Source: an uncultured Gemmatimonadales bacterium (lineage in GTDB: Bacteria > Gemmatimonadota > Gemmatimonadetes > Longimicrobiales > RSA9). From it: a stretch of DNA of 64,000 nucleotides. The position numbers were made by a program, and so were the translations under genes. Below are positions 53,388 through 63,920 of this stretch, in pieces. Numbering within the stretch: the first letter of the stretch is position 1; each line of letters begins with the position of its first letter. The stretch is from contig CAWCRS010000007.1 in the NCBI GenBank assembly GCA_963798085.1, positions 576,001-640,000 of the forward strand, in the 5' to 3' direction. The notes beneath the pieces were generated by a model. That model searched no databases and had not been told where the DNA came from. It was given only the letters and a program-made list of their open reading frames with translations.

Positions 53388-54476
53388 TCAGGTGGTGAAG
53401 CGCAGACGCGCGCCAATCCCCTCCGCCGCGTTATCGAGCTTCGTCGCCGCCCCCGCCAGCAGCTCTTCCACATCGGCATCCTGCTCGAACGCCGCTCCCA
53501 CACAGAAATCCGAGTATTCCGGGTCCTTCTGGCGCAGGTGCTTCGACAGCAGCAGCACTTCGACGCGGCGCTCGGCGAGAGCGCGATCCGTGCCCGTGCG
53601 TCCCAGGCAGCCTCGCCCGCCCGCCCCGGCCAGCTCGATCACCTGCTCGAGCGTGCGCTGCTGGCGCCGCTCCGTCATCGCCGACGCAGCCGTTTCCGCC
53701 GCACGCTTCAGCTCGGCCGTTGATTGATAGAAGCTGAGCGACGGGTCCTCCGTCACACGCCCATTCAACGTGCGCGGCAGTCGCTGCACCGTCGCAGCGG
53801 TCATTTCCGTGGTGCCGCCCACCAGGACGGTGCCTTCCGCACCGGCGTGCTCGCGAATCGCTTCGGTAAGCGCCTTGAGCAGGCGTTCCGAGCCGACTTC
53901 CTCGAAGCGACGCGCTGCGTCAGTGTCCGTTTCGCCGCGCACGCCGCTGTGCGTCGTCGCCCGCTTCGACATGTTCACATCGCGCAGGTCGCCGAAGAAC
54001 ATGTCCGCTCGCAGCTCGGGCAGTTCCTCGAACGCGCCCTGCCGGTAGCGGTACAGCCTCGCCTGCCGGCTGTCCACCAGCACGGTGATCACCGGGACCG
54101 CCTGTTTCAGCGCACGCACGTACGGCGCGACACGCAGGCCGTCTTCCCAACGTGCCAGGTCCGGCATCGGGACCGGCAGCGTCTCTGCGTAGAGCACGGC
54201 GTCCGGTGTCGCGAAGCCGGCCCAGCCGCGCTCCGGCAGGAACGCGTCGTAGCGGCGCAGCTCCTTCTTCAGATGACCGAGTGCGCTGTCCCACGCCTGG
54301 CGCTCGGCGACACTCTCACCGACGCCGCGCTGCGCGTCGGCCACCACGTGATCCAGTGCGCGGCGCCATGCGCGGCGCTTGGCCGGATCGTGCTCGTCCG
54401 CGTTCAGGTAGATGCTCAGCACACGCTCGCTGCGGTGCTTGCGATAGAGTCCGACGAGTTCTTCTCGTGTAAGCAT
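53388..54476 (-). CDS. Bacterial aeRF1-like (baeRF) protein
   Basis: VLSIYLN..., PYVRAL..VLVDSRQARLY, VLVGG, AL..RRVEVLL, GIGARLRF C-terminus; no GGQ. Confidence 0.75.
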   Translation of the reverse strand: MLTREELVGLYRKHRSERVLSIYLNADEHDPAKRRAWRRALDHVVADAQRGVGESVAERQAWDSALGHLKKELRRYDAFLPERGWAGFATPDAVLYAETLPVPMPDLARWEDGLRVAPYVRALKQAVPVITVLVDSRQARLYRYRQGAFEELPELRADMFFGDLRDVNMSKRATTHSGVRGETDTDAARRFEEVGSERLLKALTEAIREHAGAEGTVLVGGTTEMTAATVQRLPRTLNGRVTEDPSLSFYQSTAELKRAAETAASAMTERRQQRTLEQVIELAGAGGRGCLGRTGTDRALAERRVEVLLLSKHLRQKDPEYSDFCVGAAFEQDADVEELLAGAATKLDNAAEGIGARLRFTT

Positions 54477-54600
54477 GATCAACCCCACTCCCTCACGATG
54501 ACAGAACGCATCATAGATCAGGAGAGGCGGGTTGGAAAAGGGCAGGGCCGAAGTCGGGTGCCCCCACACGCGCGAGATGCGCGCGCGAGAGGCCACGTCA

Positions 54601-56943
54601 TCAGAATCGCATCAGATAGCTGAGCTTGATGAAGAAGCCGTCGCTGGTGCGTCGCAGATCGTGCAGGCTCACCGTGGCATCGGCGCCCATGCTGCTGCCG
54701 TACCCGAGGAACACCACGGTGCCGGGCGTGGGCTGATAGGAGAGCAGCCAGTCCGCGCGGAAGCGGGCCCGGCGATAGCCGGCGGCGGGTACGCAGTCGG
54801 TCGCGCCCGCGTCGCACAACAGGATCGGGCGTTCCGTACGCGAGTCATCGCGCAGGTCAGCCTGGCGATTCGCGTCATACTCGCCCACCAGGCGGAGGAA
54901 CAGCGGCCGCGCCACCTGGTACTCGAGCTTGAGCCGGGGAATCTGGCGCAGGCCCACCGAGCTGCCGTCACTGAAACGCTGGTAGCGCTGCAGCACGTAA
55001 TTGCCCGTTATCCTCGCCTTGTCCGTGGGCCGCCACTGCGCGCTCAGCGTGGCCAGCAGTACCCACGACTTCGACCACTCGAAGAAGTTCTCGTCGCGGC
55101 CACCGATCAGAAACGCATTGGCGGAAAATGTCTTGTACTGCGGCGTGGCCAGCGTGAACTGGGCATCGTAGTTGGCAATGCGGTCGACACCCACGTACGG
55201 CACCGTGTCCGTACCCGTGTCGATGAAGTAGTTCGTGTACAGTTCGACCGGGTACTTGAACGATTCGAGCAGCAGCGCGTAGCCCGTGTGCCAGCCGCCG
55301 CGCAGCGTGAAGTCGCCGCCCACGTGGAATTTCTGGTCGTCGGGCACGTCGCCGGCCGTGAAGTGATCCCAGGTCCAGGTGCCATCCAGGTTGACGTACT
55401 GCGTGTAGTTCTCGATGAACGCAGCACGCCGGCCGTAGAACGTCCAGGCGGGCCGCACGTTGGCGTGCGCGATGCCTGCGCGGTTCACAAAACCGGCCGC
55501 GGCCACGAACTCGTTGTGTATGCCCTGGAATGCGGTGGCGAGACCGAAGTGCCGGTCGCGCACGGCACCGGTCGCTGTGAAAATCGGGCGCCACGCATTG
55601 GCGCCCGCATCGGTGCGCGTGAAGCTCGCGCCGGCCTGCAGGCTGAGCGCGTACTTGTCGCCGAACACCAGTCGCGCATCGGTTGCCGCGACGCGGTTGT
55701 AGTCACTGCCTTCCACGCGATCCGTGTAGGCCAGGCCCACCGTCGAGCTGTGACCTATGTCGCGACGGATGCGCAGCAGATTGAACACGGGGTGCGCGCC
55801 GGAGGCCGAAAGCGCGTCGTCGTCCACAGCCGACAGCACGCCCAGGTCGGTGCCCGACACCTTGCCGGTGAATTTCGCCGCCCCGACCGGCGACACGATG
55901 CGCCGGGTGTAGATCAGGCGGTTCGGCGTGCTGAAGTTCTCGCTGGCCTCCAGGAAGAAAGGACGCTTTTCCGGGAAGAACAGCGCCTGCCGGGGATCGA
56001 ACGTGAGCTGGCTGGCATCCGACTCGACCTGCGAAAAATCCGGATTAAGGGTGGCGTTCATCGTGAGGTTCGCGCTCACGCCCCAGCGCAGGTTGAGGCC
56101 GGGCTCCGGCCGCTGGCCATCATACTGCCAGCGCCCCAGTGAGTCGGGCGCGCCATCCGTCCTCGCCGTGATCACCGGATTCGCATCCAGCACCAGCCCC
56201 CGCCGCAGGTCGGTGAGCCCGGTGAGCGTGCCACTCTGCGCCAGGAACGAAGCGCGATCGCGCCGCGCCGGCGTCCACGTCTGCAGATACCCCGAGTGTT
56301 GCACGCCACGCAGGATGTTAATGCCCCACGTCTGCACCTTGTCCGGCTGGTAGCGCAGGCTCTTGAAGGGAATACGGATCTCCACTTCGTAGCCGAAGTC
56401 GGTGAGGCGGCCCTTCGATTCGAACACGAAGTCAGGGCTCAGGTCCAGACCCGGATTCAGATCGCTGCCCGACACATCGGCCATCACGCCATCCGCCTGT
56501 ACACCAAACGGGTTCACGCTGAAGACGAGGGCGCGACGATGGTCGTTGAACGTGTCGAGCAGAAACTCGATGTAGTCGTCGGCGCCAATGTGGTCGCGGT
56601 CCGGCAGCGAGGCGTGCACCACGCCGTGCGGCTCGAAGGCGCGTACACCGAGCCGGATCTCGTGCTCATCGTAGAAGATCAGGACCTCGGTGGAATCCTC
56701 GGCGGCCACGCCATCATTCGGCTGGAACTGCGAGAAGCCCGTCAGCAGCGCAGCCTGCTGCCAGACCGGCTCGTCGAGCACCCCATCGATGCGCACGCGT
56801 CCACTCAGCCGCGGCACACGCACTTCCGTCCGATTGAGACGTCCGTTGTAGACTTCCGGCGGATCGGCGGTGGCGAGTGTGGCGGCGAGCAGGACACCGA
56901 GCATGCGTTGCGTACTCCTCGTTTGCCCGGGCAAATGCATCAC
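54601..56943 (-). CDS. Outer-membrane protein with CBM9-like N-terminus and DUF5916 domain
   Basis: IDGVLDEPVW, LDTFND, FSVNPFGVQAD, EIRIPFKSLRY, NPDFSQVESD, FPEKRPFFLE, FFIKLSY..RF. Confidence 0.85.
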   Translation of the reverse strand: MMHLPGQTRSTQRMLGVLLAATLATADPPEVYNGRLNRTEVRVPRLSGRVRIDGVLDEPVWQQAALLTGFSQFQPNDGVAAEDSTEVLIFYDEHEIRLGVRAFEPHGVVHASLPDRDHIGADDYIEFLLDTFNDHRRALVFSVNPFGVQADGVMADVSGSDLNPGLDLSPDFVFESKGRLTDFGYEVEIRIPFKSLRYQPDKVQTWGINILRGVQHSGYLQTWTPARRDRASFLAQSGTLTGLTDLRRGLVLDANPVITARTDGAPDSLGRWQYDGQRPEPGLNLRWGVSANLTMNATLNPDFSQVESDASQLTFDPRQALFFPEKRPFFLEASENFSTPNRLIYTRRIVSPVGAAKFTGKVSGTDLGVLSAVDDDALSASGAHPVFNLLRIRRDIGHSSTVGLAYTDRVEGSDYNRVAATDARLVFGDKYALSLQAGASFTRTDAGANAWRPIFTATGAVRDRHFGLATAFQGIHNEFVAAAGFVNRAGIAHANVRPAWTFYGRRAAFIENYTQYVNLDGTWTWDHFTAGDVPDDQKFHVGGDFTLRGGWHTGYALLLESFKYPVELYTNYFIDTGTDTVPYVGVDRIANYDAQFTLATPQYKTFSANAFLIGGRDENFFEWSKSWVLLATLSAQWRPTDKARITGNYVLQRYQRFSDGSSVGLRQIPRLKLEYQVARPLFLRLVGEYDANRQADLRDDSRTERPILLCDAGATDCVPAAGYRRARFRADWLLSYQPTPGTVVFLGYGSSMGADATVSLHDLRRTSDGFFIKLSYLMRF

Positions 56944-57159
56944 GGCGAGGAACGGCGGGCCTCACGCGAGGTATTCCCGACAGTGACCTGACGTCGCTGG
57001 CAGGCAACCGGCGCCGGGCCGCGCGGGCTGTCCTCAACATCCCTCGTGCACGAATTCCGCGCGGAGGGTACGCGGCCGGGGCGCCGTACGCAATCAGGGC
57101 GGGATGGATGCCTGCGCTGGAAGGATCAGAAGATGCCGCGCGGGTCGAATGGGGGCGTC

Positions 57160-58149
57160 ATGCAGGCAATGGTGCTTAAGGCGCAGCGACAGCCGCTCCG
57201 CGCGACCGAGCTGCCCGTGCCTGAGCCGGCCGCGGGGCAGCTGCTGTTGCGTGTGCGCTGCTGCGCGGTCTGCCGCACCGACCTGCACGTGATTGATGGC
57301 GATCTGACACGACCGAAGCTGCCCCTGGTTCCCGGTCACGAGATCATCGCCGACGTGGTCGCGGCCGGTGCGGGTGTGAGCGGCTTCGCGGCGGGCCAGC
57401 GCGTGGGCGTGCCCTGGCTGGGCTGGACCTGCGGCGTCTGCGACTTCTGCCGCACCGGCCGCGAGAATCTCTGCGATAATGCGCGCTTCACCGGCTACGA
57501 CATCAATGGCGGCTACGCCGAGTACACGGTTGCCGACCACCGCTACTGTCTGCCCGTGCCCGCGGACTGCCCCGACCTGCAGGCGGCGCCGCTCATGTGC
57601 GCCGGTCTCATCGGCTACCGCTCGCTGCGCATGACCGGTACTGCTCTAACACTCGGTTTCTACGGCTTCGGCGCGGCCGCGCACATCCTGACGCAGGTGG
57701 CGCGGCACGAGGGCCGCCGCGTGTTCGCCTTCACCCGCCCGGGCGATGTCAGCGGGCAGGCCTTCGCCCGGTCGGTGGGCGCCGAATGGGCCGGCGGCAG
57801 CGACGAGGCGCCACCCGAGCCGCTCAATGCCGCCATACTCTTCGCACCCGTGGGCGCACTGGTGCCCGCTGCGCTGCGCGCTGTCAGGAAGGGCGGCACC
57901 GTGGTGTGCGGTGGCATACACATGAGCGACATTCCGCGCTTCCCGTACGAGCTGCTCTGGGGCGAGCGCGTGCTGCGCTCCGTGGCCAACCTCACGCGCC
58001 AGGATGGCCTCGATTTCCTGGAGCTGGCGCCCCGTGTGCCCGTGCACAGCACGGTCCACACCTATCCCCTGGAAGCGGCTAACACCGCGTTGGACGACTT
58101 GCGGGCCGGGCGCCTGGAAGGCGCGGCCGTGCTGCAGGTGCAGCCGTGA
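57160..58149 (+). CDS. Zinc-dependent alcohol dehydrogenase family protein
   Basis: VCRTDLH, PGHE, CGVCDFC..ENLC, APLMCAG, YGFGAAAH. Confidence 0.95.
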   Translation: MQAMVLKAQRQPLRATELPVPEPAAGQLLLRVRCCAVCRTDLHVIDGDLTRPKLPLVPGHEIIADVVAAGAGVSGFAAGQRVGVPWLGWTCGVCDFCRTGRENLCDNARFTGYDINGGYAEYTVADHRYCLPVPADCPDLQAAPLMCAGLIGYRSLRMTGTALTLGFYGFGAAAHILTQVARHEGRRVFAFTRPGDVSGQAFARSVGAEWAGGSDEAPPEPLNAAILFAPVGALVPAALRAVRKGGTVVCGGIHMSDIPRFPYELLWGERVLRSVANLTRQDGLDFLELAPRVPVHSTVHTYPLEAANTALDDLRAGRLEGAAVLQVQP

Positions 58150-58730
58150 GTCTGCTGCGCCGCTTCCGCCGCCTGCCGGATCAGCTGACGCTGCTGCGCC
58201 TGCTGCTGGCCGGCCCGCTCTGGCTGCTGGCGCTGCTGCATTGGCGTCATGCGCTCGGAGTGGGCATGGCTGTGGCCGGCACCACCGACATGCTGGATGG
58301 CTGGCTGGCCCGCCGCGCCGGCCGCACCTCGCGTTTCGGCAGTCAGCTGGATTCTGTGGCGGACGTCGTGCTCTTCTGCTCCATCGCCATCTGGGTGGCC
58401 ATGCTGCGGCCCGAATTCTACCGCCAGTACACGGGACTGCTGCTGCTCTGGGCGGGCCTGGGCATGCTCACACTGGCTGTGGGCTGGGTGCGCTTCCGCC
58501 GCCTGGCCAATCTGCACCTCTATTCCGCCAAGGCGGCGGGCGTCATCGGCTACCTGTTCGCGCTCTACATGATCATGTTCGATGCGCCGGCGGCGCCCTT
58601 CTTCTACGTCGCGCTAACCCTGGCGTTCGCCGGCTCGCTGGAGACACTGGCCATGCTGCTCACGCGCTCGCGCGTCGATGAGCACGGCGGCAGCATCCTG
58701 CGCCCGCGACCGGGCAGCCGTTCCCTCTGA
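58146..58730 (+). CDS. CDP-alcohol phosphatidyltransferase family protein
   Basis: TDMLDGWLARR...SRFGSQLDSVAD; multiple TMs. Confidence 0.9.
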   Translation: MSLLRRFRRLPDQLTLLRLLLAGPLWLLALLHWRHALGVGMAVAGTTDMLDGWLARRAGRTSRFGSQLDSVADVVLFCSIAIWVAMLRPEFYRQYTGLLLLWAGLGMLTLAVGWVRFRRLANLHLYSAKAAGVIGYLFALYMIMFDAPAAPFFYVALTLAFAGSLETLAMLLTRSRVDEHGGSILRPRPGSRSL

Positions 58731-58752
58731 CAGCGCGTCAGGGGCGCACCGC

Positions 58753-59241
58753 TCACACATCGAAGATCACGCTTGCCTGCCAGCCGTCCCCGGTTTCCTT
58801 CAGTTCCAGTGCGTGGTAGGTCACACCTTTGATCTCCTGCAGCGCCGCCGCCGCGCAGGGAGCCAGCGCCACCTGCGCGCGCAGCCGCGTCGGCTCCAGC
58901 AGCGGGAACGCGGCGCCGGCGTAGCACTGCCCGCGCACCTGGGCGAGGAACAGCAGCTCGCGCAGCCACGCCGCGAGCAGCAGCGCAGGGTCGTCCGCCT
59001 CCAGCTCCAGCATGACAGACGATGCAGCGGCGGCAGCGGGCGAGGCAGGCCCGGTCGCGGCGCCAGCGGGCGCTGCGGGATCCGGGCGCAGGAACGCCAG
59101 CATGCCGAGCGCCGCGCGCTGGAACAGCGTGTGCGCATCGGGTGCGGTCACGCGCATCCCAATGTCTGCGGTGTGATCGAGCGGGTAAACGCCGGCGGGG
59201 AAGCCGGGCTCGCGCCGCTGCTGCGCATCGCGGCGCATCAT
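58753..59241 (-). CDS. Archease
   Basis: LDHTADIG, WLRELLF, EIKGVTYH.L, A.VIFDV C-terminus. Confidence 0.92.
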   Translation of the reverse strand: MMRRDAQQRREPGFPAGVYPLDHTADIGMRVTAPDAHTLFQRAALGMLAFLRPDPAAPAGAATGPASPAAAAASSVMLELEADDPALLLAAWLRELLFLAQVRGQCYAGAAFPLLEPTRLRAQVALAPCAAAALQEIKGVTYHALELKETGDGWQASVIFDV

Positions 59242-59278
59242 GATCCCGTCTTCCCGCCGACGCTGCGGGCCGGCCTGC

Positions 59279-59767
59279 TCAGGGCGACGTGGACGCGAGG
59301 CGGCCGTGCAGCTCCTGCACGGCAATGCCAAACACGATGTTGCGGAACGGCACAGGGTCTCCCTCAGCCAGCGTTTCCGGCAGCAGGCGGCGCAACGCCC
59401 CGAGCGCGCGCTGATAGCGGGCGACATCCTGCTCCGTGCCGCCGGGCGCGAGCGGGTAGAAACCGCCGTTCACGACCACGCTGCGCCAGTCGAAGGCGCC
59501 GTCCACTTCATCCACGGCCAGGGCCACCCACCAGTTGTGCGAGAGCGCGTCCAGCTTCTCGCCATCCGAGGTGCGGCCCCAGATCCACTCACCGTCGTAC
59601 ACGTAGTGGATGGGACGGATGTCGACGCGCCGGTCCGTCCGCGCAAATGCCAGCCTCGCCACACTGTTGCGTCGCAGCACCGCCTCGCACTGCGCGCGGC
59701 TCAGCGAGTCGAAGCGCGGCTCAGATCGTGGCGCCTGCGGCCTCGCTGCCAACCGGGATTCGCTCAT
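59279..59767 (-). CDS. Pyridoxamine 5'-phosphate oxidase-like (split-barrel) protein
   Basis: LS..QC..VL..ARLA, PIHY, G.KL, VDE...WRSVVV.G, LHGR. Confidence 0.85.
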   Translation of the reverse strand: MSESRLAARPQAPRSEPRFDSLSRAQCEAVLRRNSVARLAFARTDRRVDIRPIHYVYDGEWIWGRTSDGEKLDALSHNWWVALAVDEVDGAFDWRSVVVNGGFYPLAPGGTEQDVARYQRALGALRRLLPETLAEGDPVPFRNIVFGIAVQELHGRLASTSP

Positions 59768-60686
59768 GGCTCACCATCGACGGACGGTACACCATCACCG
59801 GACACACGGCGCCGCGCAACACCTTGTCCGCGACGCTGCCCAGCGCCAGCCGCGACCAGCCGCCTCGCCCGTGCGTGGCCAGCGCGACCAGACTCACCGC
59901 ACGCGTCGCCGCGAACTCGAGAATGGCGGCGGCGGGCACGGCATCACTCACGACCGCGATTTCCACGTCCAGGCCACGGGCACGCAGCGGCTGCGCGACG
60001 CGTTCCAGCTCCTCCCGCGCATGCGAGCGCTGCTCGCTGGCCAGGTTCTCCGAGAAATCTTCCGCTGTCAATGCCACAGGCGGACGCAGCATGGGCACAG
60101 GCAGCACGACACGCATGAGCGTGTAGCGCGCGCCGAAATAGGATCCCAGCTGTATTGCCGGCCCGAGTACGCCTTGCGACAGTTCGGACCCATCGAGCGG
60201 CACCAGGATGTGCTGTGGCCGGATTTCTTCGGCCAGATCGACCGCCTCGTGCTCGGGCCGCAGCACCAGCACCGGTACACCGCCCCGTCGCATCACACCA
60301 TCGGTGACGCTGCCCAGCCACACGCGCGAAATACCGCCGCGGCCGTGCGTGGTCATCACGATGAGATCGATCTCCATCTCGCGGGCGTACGTCGCCAGCG
60401 CCGTGGCCGGCGTTCCATCCACCAGCTCCGTGCGCACGGAAACGCCGTGCTCGCTCAGCCGTGCGGCGACCGAATACAGGTACTCGCGCTCCTGCGTGCG
60501 CAGTCCCTGGTCCCAGCGACCATCGTAGGTGACCAGTGCGTCGGGCGCAGCCGTGACCACTGGCACCTCGTGAGCCTGTACGAGATGAATCCGCGCACCC
60601 GATCGCCGCGCGATGCCCAGCGCCACAGGCAACGCATGCTCCGCGAACGTCGAACCGTCCAGCGGGACCATGATCGTCCTGTTCAT
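59721..60686 (-). CDS. Tandem universal stress protein
   Basis: IMVPLDGSTFAEHA; DLIVMTTHGRGG..WLGSV; ILVPLDGS; ATHGRGG..LGSVADKVLR; AGGAGG SD. Confidence 0.93.
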   Translation of the reverse strand: MNRTIMVPLDGSTFAEHALPVALGIARRSGARIHLVQAHEVPVVTAAPDALVTYDGRWDQGLRTQEREYLYSVAARLSEHGVSVRTELVDGTPATALATYAREMEIDLIVMTTHGRGGISRVWLGSVTDGVMRRGGVPVLVLRPEHEAVDLAEEIRPQHILVPLDGSELSQGVLGPAIQLGSYFGARYTLMRVVLPVPMLRPPVALTAEDFSENLASEQRSHAREELERVAQPLRARGLDVEIAVVSDAVPAAAILEFAATRAVSLVALATHGRGGWSRLALGSVADKVLRGAVCPVMVYRPSMVSHERIPVGSEAAGATI

Positions 60687-60900
60687 GACCAAACCTCCTG
60701 AAGGCGGACTGCATCTCAAGTTGTGCCCGCCACGGCCGTGCGGCTGTCGGGAGGATGCTTAGCCTGCGTGAGGAAGTTGACCCGGGTTTCAGGCGACGAT
60801 GCCCGGTCAGCCACCGTCGCCTTCAAACGGCCGCGCTTCCGTCCTACATTGCGCCGCGCGCCCCATGTGTGCGGCGCAGCCCAGCATGCAGGAGGGGATC

Positions 60901-61840
60901 GTGCACACGGTGATCGCGGTGGTGCAGGCGGAAGCGCCCGCCGATCTGGTGCAGGGACTGGAGCAGACGGCGCAGCTCGCGGCGGATGCCGCGGCGCGCG
61001 GCGCCCGCCTCGTCGCATTCCCGGAAACCTGGCTGCCCGGCTACCCGGCGTGGCTCGACGTCTGTCGCGACGTCGCCCTCTGGGACAGCGCCGCCGTGAA
61101 GCAGGTGTTCCGCGAGATGGCCGAACAGAGTGTCGATGGTGCCCGGGCCTGCAACCCGGCGGCTGGGCGAGATCGCGAGCGCGCACGAGATCACGCTCGT
61201 CAGCGGCGTCACGGAACGCATTGCGGCAGGACCCGGGCGAGGCACGCTGTACAACGCGCTGCTCACGTTCGGACCCGACGGTCGCATTCTCAATCATCAT
61301 CGCAAGCTCATGCCCACGTACACGGAGCGCATGGTGTGGGGCGCGGGCGATGCGCACGGTGTGGGGGCGGTGGACACACCCGCAGGTCGCGTGGGTGGAC
61401 TCATCTGCTGGGAACACTGGATGCCGCTCGCGCGCCAGGCACTGCACGAATCCGCAGAGGATGTGCACGTCGCCGCCTGGCCCGCGGTCAAGGAGATGAA
61501 CCTCGTTGCCAGCCGTCACTACGCTTTCGAGGGGCGCTGCTTCGTGATCGCCAGCGGTGCGCTCATGCGTGCGTCCGCGTTGCCGCCGCAGCTGCAGGCG
61601 CACCCCGATGTCGCCGCTGCGGCCGATGCGTGGATCCTGCGCGGCGGCAGCGCCATCATTGCGCCCGACGGCGGGCTGCTCGAAGGTCCGGTGTACGGCC
61701 TCGCCTGCACGCTCGTAGCGGAGCTGGATCTGGGACGCATTCGCGAAGAAAGCCTGACGCTGGACGTCACGGGCCATTACAGCCGGCCGGATTGCTTCCG
61801 CCTCGAACGCATCGCGGCCGGCGCCCGTCGCGACCACTGA
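60901..61840 (+). CDS. Nitrilase / carbon-nitrogen hydrolase (frameshift near 61140)
   Basis: Catalytic triad FPE / HRKLMPT / ICWEH; LDVTGHYSRPD. Confidence 0.9.
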
Positions 61841-61951
61841 CAGAGCGCTGCCGGCGACCCCACCCCCTTGCAGCGGCGCGCGGCCGCGGCGCACAATCAC
61901 ACACCGGGCAGCGCGTGCCCGCCGCTGCCGCCACCTCTTCAGGAAGTTCGC

Positions 61952-63906
61952 ATGACTGGACCTCGCCGTTCGTTCCTCGCCCTCACCCTGCTCGCCGCGG
62001 CCGGCGCCTGTTATCCGGCCATGAAGCTGGCGAAGAACGACGCCGACGTCGTGCTCGCGCACCAGACACTGGATGCACCGGATCCTTCACAGGCCGGTCC
62101 GCTGCGCGTGCTGCACCTGTACTACGGCAGCGGCAAGGACAAGAACCGCGTCGTGTATCGTGATTCCGTCACGATCAGGACCGATTCGATCGATGCCGGC
62201 AAACTGGTCGATCTGGGACAGTCCGCCAAATCACGCAACAAGTACTGGGGCTTCACACCCAAGGGCATGCCCCTCAATGCGCGCGTCTGGTATCCCGATG
62301 GACCCGGGCCCTATCCGCTCGTGCTCATTGCGCACGGCAACCACGACATGACCGATTTCTCCGACCCCGGTTACGGCTACCTCGGCGAGCTGCTCGCCAG
62401 TCGCGGCTTCATCGTGGCATCGCTGGACATGAATTTCATCAATGGCGGCATCCGCAACGAGAACGATGCGCGCGGCTGGTTCTTCCTGAAGCACCTGGAG
62501 CTGTGGCGCAAATGGAACGGCACGGATGGCAATGCCTTCCACGGCAGAGTGGACATGGACCGCATCGCGCTGATCGGTCACTCGCGCGGCGGCGAAGCTG
62601 TCGGTCATGCGGCAGCCTTCAACCGGCTCAGCCACTACCCCGATGATGGGAATGTGAAGTTCGATTTCAATTTCGGTATCCGCTCGCTCATTGCCATCGC
62701 GCCGGTCGACGGACAGTACCGGCCGGCGGATCGTCTGGTGCCGGTCGAGAACGTCAACTACCTCGTCTTCCACGGCTCACACGATGGCGACGTCTCCAGC
62801 TTCATGGGCATCCGCCAGTATCAGCGCGTGCGCTTCACCGATGGCGCGCCGCACTTCAAGGCAGCCGTTTTCGTGTACCGCGCCAACCACGGCCAGTGGA
62901 ACACCGTCTGGAACAACCACGACAACGGCCCGCGCAGCGGCCGGGTGCTCGACCTGCGCACGCTCATGCCTCCCGAGGATCAGCGCCAGTTCGCCAGGGT
63001 CTACATCTCCTCGTTCCTCCAGGCCACCCTGAAGGATGACAAGCGCTACCTGCCTCTCTTTCGCGACCATCGCGTGGCCGGCGCATGGCTGCCGAAGACA
63101 ATGTACATCACGCGCTTCGAAGAAAGCTCATTCCGCCCGCTCGCGACGTTCGAAGAAGACGTCGAGCTGACGTACCGGCAGCGTCAACGGTGTGCGCATC
63201 GAAGGCGACAGCCTGGCCACGTGGAAGGAAAGCCTGCTGCAGCTGCGCACCGCCAATTCACCGGCGGAAGGCAGTTCGCAGTACAACAACGTGGTCACGG
63301 TGGGCTGGAACAACCGCATCGCCGGACCCGACACGACGCGCATGGGGCCGCCCGCGGTGTACGCCGTCGACCTGCCCTTCTCGCTCGCGCGCACCTGGGG
63401 TCTTTCGGAAGCGTCCTCACTGCAGTTCCTGCTCATGCCGACGGACGTCATGCCCGGGCCACGCCGCTCACCCGACAAGCCCGCGGCGGACTCGACGAAG
63501 CGCGGTGCCCGCGGCGGCCGCGGCGCCACGCCACCTCGCCCGCCGAAGGCCGACAAGAACGCGGAGAAGCCGCCCGTCGATCTCAGCATGGAGCTCACCG
63601 ACGCATCCGGCGCCAGCGCCCGGCTGCCCCTGAGCCACTACGGGGTCATCCGCCGCCCGCTCGAAGCCTGGATCCTGCGCCGCCGCAGCCAGGAATCCCG
63701 CTTCGGTGCGCACTACGAGCTGGTGATGCAGACCTTCACGCCTGCCGCTCGCCGATTTCAAGCGCGCCAATCCCGCACTCGACATCGGCCAGCTCACTGC
63801 CGTGCGCTTCGTGTTCGACCGCGCCACCGCCGGCACCGTCATCATCGACGAGATCGGCTTCGCCAACATGGATCCGGCATTCAAGGCGGCCGTAGCGGCT
63901 AACTAG
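61952..63906 (+). CDS. Secreted or lipoprotein alpha/beta hydrolase (frameshifts near 63175 and 63740)
   Basis: LAAAGA|C; PLVLIAHGNH, GHSRGGE, GSHDGD, ANHGQWN; final frame ends at TAG 63904-63906. Confidence 0.8.
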
Positions 63907-63920
63907 CTGTTCTGAAAGGC

